From the NCBI GenBank assembly GCA_964423905.1, contig CAYRGX010000004.1:49319-113318 (forward strand): a stretch of DNA of 64,000 nucleotides. The letters are read 5' to 3'. The notes below the pieces were generated by a model. That model was given only the letters and a program-made list of their open reading frames with translations. It was not told the DNA's origin and ran no database searches. This DNA comes from an uncultured Leptospirales bacterium (GTDB lineage: Bacteria > Spirochaetota > UBA4802 > UBA5550). This document shows, piece after piece, positions 29,479 to 40,021 of the stretch. A program made the translations under genes and the position numbers. Position 1 is the stretch's first letter, and each line of letters opens with the position of its first letter.

Positions 29479-30033
29479 ATGAATACAGACGACGAACCAA
29501 GGGATTATTTTAGAAAACTCAAGATAATCGAGCACTTCTGCGACAATGATCCCGATATTGCGCTCCAGGTCATGCGCGGTGCGCTAAAAGACCTCGTAGT
29601 CATCAAAGGCCGGTTTAAAGACAAGGAAGGCACCATCTACGGGCTTTTCATCGTGTTCATTAGCACAATCCTTAAAAAAGTGCTGGCGCAGTACGCCACT
29701 GTATCGATGGACGCATCGGTCTACAAGCATAAACCCTATGAAATGTGGAAACATTTTCTGGAAGCGATCAGCAAGGAAAACAGGGAGGCCCAATTGGAAA
29801 CGGCCAAGAAAAATACCCTGGAAAAAGTGCTCGGACGCATACATGAGCTTAAAATGTTTACGACGATTTTCCAGTTGATCGAATCAAACGATATACTTAC
29901 CCTCACGAACGATTTCAACCTTGTGCTGAACAACAGTCTGGGAGCCGACGATATCCAGACCGTCATCGATTTCGAATATACAACATCCATCAATGTGTAT
30001 GAAGAAAAGGCGCTGGCTCCCCCGAAGGACTGA
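29479..30033 (+). CDS. hypothetical protein
   Basis: 184-aa ORF after parB; lower local GC; no recognisable motif. Confidence 0.45.
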   Translation: MNTDDEPRDYFRKLKIIEHFCDNDPDIALQVMRGALKDLVVIKGRFKDKEGTIYGLFIVFISTILKKVLAQYATVSMDASVYKHKPYEMWKHFLEAISKENREAQLETAKKNTLEKVLGRIHELKMFTTIFQLIESNDILTLTNDFNLVLNNSLGADDIQTVIDFEYTTSINVYEEKALAPPKD

Positions 30034-30035
30034 GC

Positions 30036-30470
30036 TCAGAACGCTCCGAGCTGGCACTTACATATCTTGATGCCCAGTGCCTCGCAGGCGTTTGCGACCT
30101 CGATCCTGGCAATACCAAGATCACCCGCGATCAGCCATGCATCCGAGCAATTCAGCTCCCCATTGACGAGCAGTTCACTGATTCGCGACGCAAGGAATTC
30201 GGGAATGGTTTCCATCGGGCGGACTATTTTTTTCTCGAGACCGTAGCCAAAAAGCCCAAGCTGGCAATGGACGATTTTCAAACCTTCATCGTCCATGACG
30301 GCGCCGAGCTCCTGCGGCAGTACCTCGTGAAGCAGAGACATCTCATGCGCGCGAGCACACGACAGGCTTCCGTCCTGCAAATATGCGGCGAGGTCATCGG
30401 AAATCCTTTTCAAACGCCCCTTATCCATTGCTTGTATCAGCTGTTTGTTTTTTGAGGTATCTTTTTTCAT
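30036..30470 (-). CDS. hypothetical protein with duplicated [IV]xCQLG motif
   Basis: GLKIVHCQLGLFGYG and GIKICKCQLGAF repeated half-domains. Confidence 0.5.
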   Translation of the reverse strand: MKKDTSKNKQLIQAMDKGRLKRISDDLAAYLQDGSLSCARAHEMSLLHEVLPQELGAVMDDEGLKIVHCQLGLFGYGLEKKIVRPMETIPEFLASRISELLVNGELNCSDAWLIAGDLGIARIEVANACEALGIKICKCQLGAF

Positions 30471-30501
30471 TTACGTATCCCTCGGCGGCAGTACCGCCAG
30501 T

Positions 30502-30996
30502 TCATTCCTCTTCGGTGACCCGGATATACTCGACCGTGTCCGAGTCGGTATCCAGCAGAGCGATCGAGAATTCATCGGCCCCGTAGAGTGAACCCGGATT
30601 GATGATCCGGGTGTTGTTGGAAATATAATTCTCGAAAAAATGGGTGTGCCCCTTGATAATATAGTCATAGGTGCCGGACGCAACGGCCTCGCGAAACAGT
30701 GGCACGTTGTTTCCGTGAAATACAATGAATTTCTTTCCATCGACATCAAATGAGGAGCAATATTCTATTTCGCCGAAACCGAGCCTCTGTGCCTCGCTAT
30801 TAATATCCTCAACGTCAATGTCGCCATTGCCCAAGACAATGCGGGAGGGAATATCCTTGAAAAGTTCAAGCATCCTCGGCGAGGTGAGATCCCCCGCGTG
30901 GATGATCATCTCCACTCCGCGCTCTTTGAATAGAGCCACCGCCTTGCGGGTGAGCTCGATATTGTTATGGGTATCGGAAAGAATGCCGATTTTCAT
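30502..30996 (-). CDS. metallophosphoesterase, YfcE/MJ0936 family
   Basis: MKIGILSDTHNN, GDL, GNGD, GHTH motifs. Confidence 0.85.
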   Translation of the reverse strand: MKIGILSDTHNNIELTRKAVALFKERGVEMIIHAGDLTSPRMLELFKDIPSRIVLGNGDIDVEDINSEAQRLGFGEIEYCSSFDVDGKKFIVFHGNNVPLFREAVASGTYDYIIKGHTHFFENYISNNTRIINPGSLYGADEFSIALLDTDSDTVEYIRVTEEE

Positions 30997-30999
30997 GTG

Positions 31000-32910
31000 T
31001 CAGCTTAAACGATACCCCACCGGTATTGAATCGCTGACCTCGATAAGTATGGGTTTCCGTTCTTTGGGATCGCTGGCAGCGAGAAGCATACCGTTCGAAG
31101 TCCGCTTGAAGATGACCGCCGGTTTGAGGTTCGCTACGAGAAGAATTTTTTTTCCTACGAGGGAATCCGGTTCGTATTGCTGGGCGATTCCCGCGAGAAT
31201 CGTTCTTTCATCCAAACCCGAGTCGACGCGCATTTCAAGGAGTTTCTCCGAACCTTCGACGCGGGTGGCGCTCAGGATTTTCGCGACACGAATGTCGATT
31301 TTGGCAAATTCCTTGATATCAACAAGTCCTTCCTCTTCCATTGGTTTCTCCTTGGCTTCGGTTTTCGGCGCCTCTGGCTCCTTCTCTATCCGCGGGAACA
31401 GAATTCCCGGCTCGGAGAAGGCCGCGCCTTCTTTGAGATTATCGAGGCCCAGCAGGGATTCGATATCCCTTTGCGCCCCGGCGGCATTCAAACACGCGAT
31501 GACCTTCTGCGACGCGGTCACCAGTATTGGCGACAGAAGCACGCTCAATGAAAAGATCGATTCGAGGAGGTTCCGCGCGATGGAAGAAACCTCATCCATT
31601 CGTCCTTCCCTGGCGATGATCCATGGCTTGCGCTGGTCCACATACCGGTTGAGAAAACGTATGTAATTCCAGAGGGCATCGATACCCGTACTCGTCATGA
31701 ACCTGTCCATCCCGCTGCGGTACCCGTCAACCGCGGAGCGGAGCTCGGCCAGGAGTTCCGATCTTCCCGCATCCTGTGACCCCCTGTGCGCAGGTATGAC
31801 TCCTCCGCAATACTTCTTCGCGATGGTGAAACTCCTGTTGATGAGGTTACCAAGATCATTGGCGAGGTCATAGTTGATCCTGTCGACTATCACGTCCTCG
31901 CTGAAGCGCGCATCGTGGCCGAAATTCATTTCCCTCAGGAAAAAATACCGTATCTGGTCATTCCCGTAGCGCGCCACGAGATCCCCCGGGGTCACCACGT
32001 TTCCAAGGCTTTTCGACATCTTCGAGTCCTGCATGTTCCAGTAACCGTGGACGTTCAGATGGCGATACGGTTCGATGCCAGCGGCCCGAAGCATGGTGGG
32101 CCAGAATATTCCATGGGGTTTCACGATGTCTTTCGCGATGATATGGTTCACGGCGGGCCAGTACTCCTTGAACTTATCGCCTTCGGGATAACCAAGGGCG
32201 CTCACGTAGTTTATCAGGGCGTCGAACCATACATAAGTCACGTAGTTCTCGTCGAAGGGAAGGGTGATTCCCCATGTCAGGCGCGACTTGGGGCGCGAGA
32301 TGCAGAGATCTTCGAGAACCTCGCCCCTGAGCATGGCGAGTACCTCATTGCGGTAACGCTCGGGACGTATAAAATCCGGGTTCTTTTCAATGTGTTCAAT
32401 CAGCCAGGACTGGTAGTTGCTCATCTTGAAAAAATAGTTTTTTTCTTCGATAAACTCGAGGGGCGTGTTGTGGTCAGGACATTTTCCATCGACCATTTCC
32501 TTTTCCGTAAAAAAACGCTCGCAGCCCACGCAGTAAAAACCGCCGTAGCTGCCGAAGTAGATATCCCCCCCGTCGTATACCTTCTGCAAAATGGTCCTGA
32601 CGACCGCAACGTGCCGGTCCTCGGTCGTCCTTATGAAATCGCTGAACTGGATTCCCATGCCCGTCCACGCGTTCCTGAACGCGCCGCTGATCCGGTCCGC
32701 ATATTCCTTTTCGCTCGTGCCTTTTTCTGCCGCGGCCTTGGCGATCTTGTCCCCGTGTTCATCAGTGCCCGTGAGAAAATAAGAGTCTTCCCCGATCAGG
32801 CGATGAAAGCGTGTAAGAACGTCCGCGAGCACGGTTGTATAGGCATGCCCGATATGCGGCTCGGCATTGACATAATAAATCGGCGTGGTGACGTAGAATT
32901 TTTTGTTCAT
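31000..32910 (-). CDS. metG: methionine--tRNA ligase with C-terminal tRNA-binding (EMAP-like) domain
   Basis: PIYYVNAEPHIGHAYT (HIGH), KMSKS, Zn knuckle CPDH; start at MNKKFYVTTP (32910). Confidence 0.95.
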   Translation of the reverse strand: MNKKFYVTTPIYYVNAEPHIGHAYTTVLADVLTRFHRLIGEDSYFLTGTDEHGDKIAKAAAEKGTSEKEYADRISGAFRNAWTGMGIQFSDFIRTTEDRHVAVVRTILQKVYDGGDIYFGSYGGFYCVGCERFFTEKEMVDGKCPDHNTPLEFIEEKNYFFKMSNYQSWLIEHIEKNPDFIRPERYRNEVLAMLRGEVLEDLCISRPKSRLTWGITLPFDENYVTYVWFDALINYVSALGYPEGDKFKEYWPAVNHIIAKDIVKPHGIFWPTMLRAAGIEPYRHLNVHGYWNMQDSKMSKSLGNVVTPGDLVARYGNDQIRYFFLREMNFGHDARFSEDVIVDRINYDLANDLGNLINRSFTIAKKYCGGVIPAHRGSQDAGRSELLAELRSAVDGYRSGMDRFMTSTGIDALWNYIRFLNRYVDQRKPWIIAREGRMDEVSSIARNLLESIFSLSVLLSPILVTASQKVIACLNAAGAQRDIESLLGLDNLKEGAAFSEPGILFPRIEKEPEAPKTEAKEKPMEEEGLVDIKEFAKIDIRVAKILSATRVEGSEKLLEMRVDSGLDERTILAGIAQQYEPDSLVGKKILLVANLKPAVIFKRTSNGMLLAASDPKERKPILIEVSDSIPVGYRLS

Positions 32911-32920
32911 GGCATTCCGT

Positions 32921-33790
32921 TCAATAGGTGTCGTCGAGCGATTCCTCTTCATCAGCCTGGTTCAGACGGACAAGGGCATCAGGCTTGATACGATAGGAGT
33001 TTCCTTCGTGGGTTATGTCGTCCCGACGCACGGTGAGGAGCCTCTCACCGTCACGGACGAGCATCGATTCTTTCAGCGTGTCGATCGAGAGCACTGCGAA
33101 TTTCCTGTCTTCGGCATGAATCTCGGAACCCGGCTTCGGCATGGCTTCGTTGATGCTGCGATACACATGATACTCGTACCCCAGGCAGCAGAGAAGCCTT
33201 CCGCACATGCCGGAAATTTTCATCGAATTGAGATTGAGACTCTGTTCCTTGGCCATTTTGATCGATACCGGCTCGAATTCCTCGCGGGTATGCGCGCAGC
33301 AGAGTTCCTGTCCACAGGGGCCATATCCCCCTATGAGCCGGGCCTCGTCACGAACACCGATCTGTCGCATCTCTATGCGCGTGCGGAACTGCGAAGCCAG
33401 TTCGCGTACGAGCTCGCGAAAATCGATGCGGTTTTCCGCGACGAAATAGAATATTATCTTGGTCTTGTCGAAGAGGCACTTTACCGTGATGAGCTTCATG
33501 TTCAGATTCTTGGCCCTGGCCTTTTCCCTGCACTTGATGAACGCTTCCCGCTCGATTGCCTCGATATCGGGAATCCGCTTCATGTCTTGCTCGTTCATCT
33601 TGCGAAGGAGCTTTCCCTTGACTTCTATCTCGGGATTGCACTGGAACTTCTTGCACTTCATCACGTTGCCCACGTCGAGGCCGTGTTCTGTTTCGATCAC
33701 GCACATCGAATTTTGAGTGACGAAGAGATTGTTCGTGTCCACATATTGTATTTGATAGCTGTTTCTCAGTTTTACGGCCGATACTTCCAT
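32921..33790 (-). CDS. ricT: PSP1-domain protein (RicT/YaaT-like)
   Basis: PSP1 C-terminal domain with CGQELCC...CGRLLCC Cys pairs; GAAGGAAAA SD; position after holB as in B. subtilis. Confidence 0.8.
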   Translation of the reverse strand: MEVSAVKLRNSYQIQYVDTNNLFVTQNSMCVIETEHGLDVGNVMKCKKFQCNPEIEVKGKLLRKMNEQDMKRIPDIEAIEREAFIKCREKARAKNLNMKLITVKCLFDKTKIIFYFVAENRIDFRELVRELASQFRTRIEMRQIGVRDEARLIGGYGPCGQELCCAHTREEFEPVSIKMAKEQSLNLNSMKISGMCGRLLCCLGYEYHVYRSINEAMPKPGSEIHAEDRKFAVLSIDTLKESMLVRDGERLLTVRRDDITHEGNSYRIKPDALVRLNQADEEESLDDTY

Positions 33791-33800
33791 TTGTTTTCCT

Positions 33801-34799
33801 TCAGAGGGACGGGGCGGGCAGACCCACCGCATCCTGCGTATCCATCGTATAGAGCATCCCTTTCAGAACATAACGAATATTGAGATTATTCGCGAGTCCT
33901 TTTTGCAGGGCAAGAAGAATTTTGACGGTTTTCGCCAAGTTTTCCCCGTTGTCCATGCCGCAGCTGGCGAGCGCGGGATGAGGATCCCTCCCGGCAATTC
34001 GTGCATGCAAAAGGTCATTGAAGATATTCAGCAGGGATGCGATAAACGATCCCTGCCCTGCTTCCTTGAGTATTGACGCGATGTCCAGGACTGGCGGCGT
34101 CCCGTTGTTCACGAACGCGGCGATCTCCCCGGCCGCCGCCACAATTTTCGCAAAAAGGTCTTTTTTCGCAAGCATCAAGGCCAACTCCATCGATCCGCCG
34201 GATAGCCTGGCGACGAGCCCCTCTTCCTGACACTCCTGCAAAGTGGACCGGAGAATCACGCGCAGCTGTTCTTCTCCCAGGGGAGAAAATGAGATTTCAC
34301 TGCATCGAGAGAGAATGGTCGGGAGCAACATAGACTTGTTCGCCGAGATAAGGATGATTACTGCGCCGTGCTGAGGTTCCTCGATGGTTTTCAGGAGCGC
34401 GTTTTGTCCCGGTATGGATATCAACTCCACGCCATCGACGATCACCGCGTAACGGTCGGCAAGGGACTTCCGCGACATCCTGTCAATGAGCCATCGAACG
34501 GAACCGGGTTCTTCCGCGTCACCGATCGGTATGTTTCCTTTTGCATCGGGTGAAAGGCGGATAAAATCGGGATGGCCACCGAGCGCGATCTGTCTGCACG
34601 AGGGGCATTCCAGGCACGGGGGATCGTCTCCGCCGCAGAAGAGGGATGCGGCAAACCTCTCGGCAACGAGTTTCTTCCCTGACCCGGCCATGCCGTAAAA
34701 CAGCATCGCACCGGGGATGCTGCCGCTCGAAGCAAGCCGTTCCAGCATGCGCCTCTGGCGTTCATGTCCGATGATTCCGGAAAAATTCATGGATATCAA
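33801..34799 (-). CDS. holB: DNA polymerase III delta' subunit
   Basis: AAA+ motif GMAGSGKKLVAERFAASLFC; Zn module CLECPSC. Confidence 0.88.
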   Translation of the reverse strand: MISMNFSGIIGHERQRRMLERLASSGSIPGAMLFYGMAGSGKKLVAERFAASLFCGGDDPPCLECPSCRQIALGGHPDFIRLSPDAKGNIPIGDAEEPGSVRWLIDRMSRKSLADRYAVIVDGVELISIPGQNALLKTIEEPQHGAVIILISANKSMLLPTILSRCSEISFSPLGEEQLRVILRSTLQECQEEGLVARLSGGSMELALMLAKKDLFAKIVAAAGEIAAFVNNGTPPVLDIASILKEAGQGSFIASLLNIFNDLLHARIAGRDPHPALASCGMDNGENLAKTVKILLALQKGLANNLNIRYVLKGMLYTMDTQDAVGLPAPSL

Positions 34800-35242
34800 T
34801 ACAGGAGATCGAGAATAAGCCCGCGAATTTCTTCAACGGTCGCAAGCATATCGAACGCACGGTTGTTTCTGGTCACGGCTTCGGCAATCTCGAGAAGGCG
34901 GGTGTTTATTTTTTCCACAATAACGAAATCCCCCCAGTTCTTCCTGTTCCGCTTGAGGAACTTTTCCCTGAAGGCATCGTCGAGGATGAGCTTGAGTACT
35001 TTTTGCACGAGGGCGCGATAGTGCTCCATTTCGTGATCACTCTGGTTCTGGAGAAATCTCTTTTCCTGGTCGCCCAGCTGGGAGAGGAGATCGTCGAGAG
35101 TCCCATCAATGTCGGGCTCGAGGACCCTGTTAAGGGCCGTGGAAAAAGTACTTCCACTGCGGCTGACCGTGTGCGTCTGTTTTCGTCGCTTCACCTGGCT
35201 TTTGTCGTCGCCGCGGCCGCTTGTTTTGTTGATTTCGATCAT
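34796..35242 (-). CDS. YaaR/DUF327 family protein
   Basis: 148 aa helical protein; ATGA coupling to holB; synteny with the Firmicutes yaaR-holB-yaaT block. Confidence 0.7.
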   Translation of the reverse strand: MIEINKTSGRGDDKSQVKRRKQTHTVSRSGSTFSTALNRVLEPDIDGTLDDLLSQLGDQEKRFLQNQSDHEMEHYRALVQKVLKLILDDAFREKFLKRNRKNWGDFVIVEKINTRLLEIAEAVTRNNRAFDMLATVEEIRGLILDLLY

Positions 35243-35667
35243 GCGGGCGATTCAGGCCTCTTATTGATGGTACAATTCCCTTCAAATTTCACGCCCTCCT
35301 CGAGAATGAGGCTCGGTGTGATGATATTGCCCTTTATCCTTCCCGTTGACAGGAATATTACCCTTTCCGATGCGTATATGTTTCCTCGCACACTGCCACC
35401 AATTACCACAAGGCGCGCCTTTATGTCCGTAATAGCCTCTCCGGACTGGCCTATCAGGACCTTTCCTCCCGTTTCAATAGTGCCCTGGAAGAAACCATCG
35501 ATTCTCAAAAGACCGTTGATCTTGAATTCACCCTTGAATTCGGAACCCTCACCGATTATACTGTTGACGATGCCGTCTTCGGTGTACCTGTTCGTGCGAG
35601 CCATAAGGGACGTTTTCCATTGATATCTGTGTACGGATTCGAAGCGCGCTCCGCGAGAGGGGAGCAT
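35239..35667 (-). CDS. bactofilin (DUF583) family cytoskeletal protein
   Basis: Repetitive beta-helix pattern SEFKGEFKINGLLRIDGFFQGTIETGGKVLIGQSGEAITDIKARLVVIGGSVRGNIYASERVIF; start may be internal (35604). Confidence 0.75.
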   Translation of the reverse strand: MLPSRGARFESVHRYQWKTSLMARTNRYTEDGIVNSIIGEGSEFKGEFKINGLLRIDGFFQGTIETGGKVLIGQSGEAITDIKARLVVIGGSVRGNIYASERVIFLSTGRIKGNIITPSLILEEGVKFEGNCTINKRPESPA

Positions 35668-35880
35668 GATTCATGCCAATCCGCCGTTTAATGGTATCAA
35701 ACTATACCAATTAATACTTGGCAAGTAAAATTCTTCATAAAAGACCATAAAAGATTATTTGACAAAAATCATATTATTCTGTGATTAATATCACTTTAAG
35801 GATCATTCACAAATCGAGTTGCACATTCACGCCCGGCGGCACTCCGCAAACGGCGATAGACCATATCTAGGAGAATATCC

Positions 35881-36309
35881 ATGAAAAGAATTTTGATCGC
35901 GTCACTCTCACTGAGCGTGATGTGTTCCTGCAGTATTTTTAAGCCTTCGATAAAAATCGACGGTGTGATGGATTACAAACAAAAAATCGACGCCTCGCAG
36001 AATCCCGCATTGAAATATACCCTGCGAAACGAGCTTTCCAAAAAAAGAATCAAGTTGTATGATATTACCGTCAAGGACATTACCGAGTCTGGCAACATCG
36101 ATTACGATTTCTGCGTCGTCGCCGACGTCCAGACCAAGGCGGGACCCGTTGAATGCCATATCTACAGCTCCAAGGTGAAAAAAATCGCCAGGCTGGAGAA
36201 GGGAAGATCCCGGATAGACGTGTCCGGCGATTACGGGCGGTTCTTCTCGGTCATGGAAAGCACCGCAATGCGTCTCGAAATCATCAAGGCATCGATCACC
36301 ATAAAATAA
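35881..36309 (+). CDS. hypothetical lipoprotein
   Basis: Signal peptide with lipobox LSVMCSC; AT-rich upstream region. Confidence 0.55.
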   Translation: MKRILIASLSLSVMCSCSIFKPSIKIDGVMDYKQKIDASQNPALKYTLRNELSKKRIKLYDITVKDITESGNIDYDFCVVADVQTKAGPVECHIYSSKVKKIARLEKGRSRIDVSGDYGRFFSVMESTAMRLEIIKASITIK

Positions 36310-36326
36310 CGCGGGACCGGAAAGTC

Positions 36327-37559
36327 ATGGAATCCTACATTCAGGGACTCATCGCCGAACGGATCGGCGGCGCAAAATTTGGCAAAGAAGACACGATCTA
36401 CAAGTTCGAGAAAATCAAGCGCGCCAAGCGTGCCGCCATGAAGGCAAATCCTTCAGTGAGACTGATCGACCTCGGAGTGGGAGAGCCAGACGAGAGCGCA
36501 TTTCCTCTCGTCGTGGACGCCCTCAAGGAAGAGGCCGGAAAGCGCGAAAACCGCACCTATGCCGACAACGGCATCGACGAATTCATGGATGCGGCGGTCC
36601 GGTATATGGAACGAGTTTTCGGGGTCACCAGCCTCGATCCCAGGCGCCACGTTCTTCATGCCATAGGTTCCAAATCCGCGCTGGCAATGCTCCCTTCTGT
36701 GTTCATCAACCCCGGGGACGTGACCATCATGACCGTGCCCGGATACCCGGTACTGGGCACGCATACCGCCTGGTATGGCGGCGAAATCTTCACCCTCCCC
36801 CTCAGAAAGGAGAACTCCTTTCTGCCGGATCTCGACAGCGTTCCGCCGGAGATCCGAACGCGGGCAAAGATCCTGCTGCTGAACTATCCCAATAATCCCA
36901 CCGGGGCCAATGCAACGCGAAAATTTTACGAAAAGGCGATTGAATTCGCACGCGCCAACGGGATCGTGATCATCCAGGATGCCGCCTATACGGCGCTGAC
37001 CTACAATACGAAGCCGCTCTCCTTTCTTTCGGTTCCGGGCGCGATGGAGGTAGGAGTGGAAATCCACTCACTGTCAAAGGCCTTCAACATGACCGGCTGG
37101 CGCATGGCCTTTGTCGTGGGCAACGAGCTCATCGTGAAAGCGTTCGGGGCGGTGAAAGACAATTACGATTCGGGCCAGTTCAGGGCCATCCAGAAAGCCG
37201 CGATTGCGGGACTGGATCACCCCGAGCTCACCGACCGCATATGCGAAAAGTACGAGCGCCGGCTGAAAGCCCTTGTGACCATGCTCAAGAACATGGGATT
37301 CGACGCGCGCATGCCCGACGGGACCTTCTACCTGTACGTGGCTATACCCAGGGGAGTGAGCGGGGGTCCCTCTTTCGAAACCGCCGAGGATTTTTCGCAA
37401 TACCTCATAAAGGAGAAGCTCATATCCTCCGTGCCATGGGACGATGTGGGCCATTTTATCCGTTTCTCCGCGACGTTCGAAGCCGAAGGCGAAGCCGATG
37501 AACGGGCGATCCTTGATGAAATCCAGGCACGGTTCGCTGGCACAAAATTCATTTTTTAG
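36327..37559 (+). CDS. PLP-dependent class I aminotransferase (LL-diaminopimelate/aspartate aminotransferase-like)
   Basis: VRLIDLGVGEPDESAF; Lys-containing SLSKAFNMTGWR motif. True start ATG 36327 (MESYIQG); the 36153 track start overlaps the upstream gene. Confidence 0.75.
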   Translation: MESYIQGLIAERIGGAKFGKEDTIYKFEKIKRAKRAAMKANPSVRLIDLGVGEPDESAFPLVVDALKEEAGKRENRTYADNGIDEFMDAAVRYMERVFGVTSLDPRRHVLHAIGSKSALAMLPSVFINPGDVTIMTVPGYPVLGTHTAWYGGEIFTLPLRKENSFLPDLDSVPPEIRTRAKILLLNYPNNPTGANATRKFYEKAIEFARANGIVIIQDAAYTALTYNTKPLSFLSVPGAMEVGVEIHSLSKAFNMTGWRMAFVVGNELIVKAFGAVKDNYDSGQFRAIQKAAIAGLDHPELTDRICEKYERRLKALVTMLKNMGFDARMPDGTFYLYVAIPRGVSGGPSFETAEDFSQYLIKEKLISSVPWDDVGHFIRFSATFEAEGEADERAILDEIQARFAGTKFIF

Positions 37560-37565
37560 AATGTT

Positions 37566-39851
37566 ATGAAGCGGAAAAAAATACTGCTGGCCGCGGCCGC
37601 GGCCGTAATAGCGGTCCTGATCGCCGTCGGGGGGATTTTATTATTTATAAAGAAATCCCTCTCGTATGATATGACGTTGATCGCCGGCGTGAAAGCCCCC
37701 GTTTTAATAGAAAGAAACGCCCAAAGCATTCCTGCCATCCGCGCGGATAACTTATCCGATGCGTATTTCGCCCTTGGATTCATTCACGCCCAGGACCGGT
37801 ATCCCCTCATGGAATACTATCGCGCGATAACCCAGGGGTATACGGAGCGCATACTGGGGAAACAAGCAGCGCCGCTTGACCGCCTTAGCATTTCGGTGGG
37901 ATTCAACAGGGAGGCGCTCGAAATGTCGAAGCGGCTCAAGTCTCCCTGGATCGATTATCTCAGCGCCTATGCCAACGGTATCAACGCCGCACGGATGAAA
38001 ATGGATTACAAGGACGTCGTTAACCGGCACTGGACCGCGGCCGACGTACTCGCCGTCCTCATACTGAAGGAATGGGGAAACTACTATCTCAGCAACATGG
38101 AGCAGCTCTTCCAGATAAATACGACAAGAAAAAGCGTCCTGCTGAACGATCTCTTTCCGGAAAACGCCCCCTACTATTATGAGGAGTCCGAGGAAAAGTC
38201 GGTCAGGCTCATCCGCAAAATAAACTCCATGGTTCGCAGGTATATCGGCACCTTCAACAGGGGATATGCATTCTCAATCCCCGGCGACCCGGGCAGGGAG
38301 ATTCCCCACTATCTGGGATTCAGTTATGATCACCAGCTTTCCATGTTCCCGGGATGGTATCCCGTGCACATCATTATCAAGGACACGACCGTAAAATGCA
38401 TGACCTTCGCGGGAATGCCGTTCCTGTTCAGCGGGGATACAAACGGCTTCTCCTTCATAGGTCTCAACCTATCCAGCGACATTCAGGACTTTATCATTTC
38501 GTACACGAAGAGGAGCGGTGAATCCCAACAGTATTACGGAAGCAAAGGATGGACGGATTTCATGTCAGTTCGCATACCCATCGATATGGGGAAGGGCCGC
38601 ATGAAAAACATGGTGGTATGGCACACCGAAAGCGGCCCCGTTCTTAACGATGTATTCCTCGATGGCGACTACAACGAGCAGGTCGTTTCCCTCAAGTACT
38701 ATTTCCCCGGTGACGATTACGTAATATCCCTGTTCGAAATACCTTTCATACAGACTCCTGAGAAGGCTTCGGCCTCGATGAAAGGTATCCGTTCCTATCC
38801 GAGGGTACATCTCTTCTCCTCGGGTTCGGCAGTGACCCGTGTATATACCGGGACTATTCCGTCGCGTAAGCCCAGCAATTCCATATTCAAGCCCTCGGGT
38901 GATTACGACTGGGCCGGCATGAAAGATCTATTTGCAGCGTTCCCGCCCTCGACGGCTCCCGTTACCATCGCGAGCTTCAATGCTTCTGATATACTGAAGG
39001 ATGCGGACGATTTCATCCAGAAAGATGAAATACGTTACTCCCGTCTTCGCGACATCATCGCCTCGAAGACCTTTTTCAACCCGCAGCGCATCGAGGACAT
39101 TCTCCACGACCGGTACTCGGCCTACGCTGAAAAATGCATGCCGATCCTGATGCCCCTGCTTTCCGATACCTTGGTAACATCATCAAGACTCACCAAGGTG
39201 TACTTTCAGAACTGGAAATTCACGATGGACAAGGAGGAAATCGCGCCCGCGCTCTTCCACCTCATCATGCAGCGATTCATTTACGAAACAATCAGCGACG
39301 AGATGGGATCCGACATGGAATTCGTCATGCCGAGCTACCGCATCCTGCTTCCCGCATTCCTCAAAATGCTCGAAAAAAACAATTCGCCGCTCTTCGACGA
39401 CAAGGTTACGTATACCGTCGAGAGGAGGGACGATATTTTCACCCGTTCCTTTCTGCACTCCATGAGAATGCTCGGCAGGAGCAACGGTCCCCGCATGGAT
39501 GAGTGGAAATGGGGGACTGTCCACGATGGTGCCTTTGCCACTCCCTTCTTCGATTCTAACTTTTTCAAGGACCAGGCAGAAAACAGGCCTCAGGACGGCG
39601 ATTTTTTCACCCTCTTCCTGGGAGCAATGCGTCAAAACCTCAAGCCCACCGGGGTAACGGCGCTGGCGGGTTATCTTGGATCGGACGATTCGGAAATCTA
39701 CATGTATTACGGACAATCGCTCCATCCCGCCTCCCCTTTCTACTACCAGCACCAGAAGGTCCTCGGCATGGCCGGTTTCCAGGAAATTTACAGGGAGTAT
39801 CTCACTCGTCTCGAACCCCCGAAAAAAGGCGTTTCTCAGAAATACAAATAA
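37566..39851 (+). CDS. penicillin amidase / acylase (S45, Ntn-hydrolase) family protein, membrane-anchored
   Basis: N-terminal TM; alpha-subunit motif DAYFALGFIHAQDRYPLMEYYR; candidate Ntn Ser in YYLSNMEQ. 6-bp gap from the aminotransferase. Confidence 0.7.
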   Translation: MKRKKILLAAAAAVIAVLIAVGGILLFIKKSLSYDMTLIAGVKAPVLIERNAQSIPAIRADNLSDAYFALGFIHAQDRYPLMEYYRAITQGYTERILGKQAAPLDRLSISVGFNREALEMSKRLKSPWIDYLSAYANGINAARMKMDYKDVVNRHWTAADVLAVLILKEWGNYYLSNMEQLFQINTTRKSVLLNDLFPENAPYYYEESEEKSVRLIRKINSMVRRYIGTFNRGYAFSIPGDPGREIPHYLGFSYDHQLSMFPGWYPVHIIIKDTTVKCMTFAGMPFLFSGDTNGFSFIGLNLSSDIQDFIISYTKRSGESQQYYGSKGWTDFMSVRIPIDMGKGRMKNMVVWHTESGPVLNDVFLDGDYNEQVVSLKYYFPGDDYVISLFEIPFIQTPEKASASMKGIRSYPRVHLFSSGSAVTRVYTGTIPSRKPSNSIFKPSGDYDWAGMKDLFAAFPPSTAPVTIASFNASDILKDADDFIQKDEIRYSRLRDIIASKTFFNPQRIEDILHDRYSAYAEKCMPILMPLLSDTLVTSSRLTKVYFQNWKFTMDKEEIAPALFHLIMQRFIYETISDEMGSDMEFVMPSYRILLPAFLKMLEKNNSPLFDDKVTYTVERRDDIFTRSFLHSMRMLGRSNGPRMDEWKWGTVHDGAFATPFFDSNFFKDQAENRPQDGDFFTLFLGAMRQNLKPTGVTALAGYLGSDDSEIYMYYGQSLHPASPFYYQHQKVLGMAGFQEIYREYLTRLEPPKKGVSQKYK

Positions 39852-39862
39852 TACCTCCTATC

Positions 39863-39893
39863 CGCCGCAATAACGCGGCAATTCCATTTTTTT
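39863..39893 (+). terminator. weak intrinsic terminator after the acylase-family gene
   Basis: GCCGC-AATAAC-GCGGC hairpin, then T7 run after a 6-nt gap. Confidence 0.35.
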
Positions 39894-40021
39894 ACTTGAA
39901 AAATAGCCCGATAATTCCGGATCATTCTTCTTGCGGCTGTCTTCCGGAAATGAACATATAGCAAACCGCATCCGCTGCAGCTCGTACACATTTCACGAAC
40001 GAGGAGGGGAACTGTACCGTC

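Noticed and set aside
31786-32988. 400-aa plus-strand ORF opposite metG
   Set aside because: Antisense to an unambiguous MetG (HIGH/KMSKS); R/H/P-rich.
36153-36326. Upstream extension of the aminotransferase ORF (track start 36153)
   Set aside because: The extension overlaps the preceding lipoprotein gene and is Arg/His-rich. ATG at 36327 gives a standard aminotransferase N-terminus.
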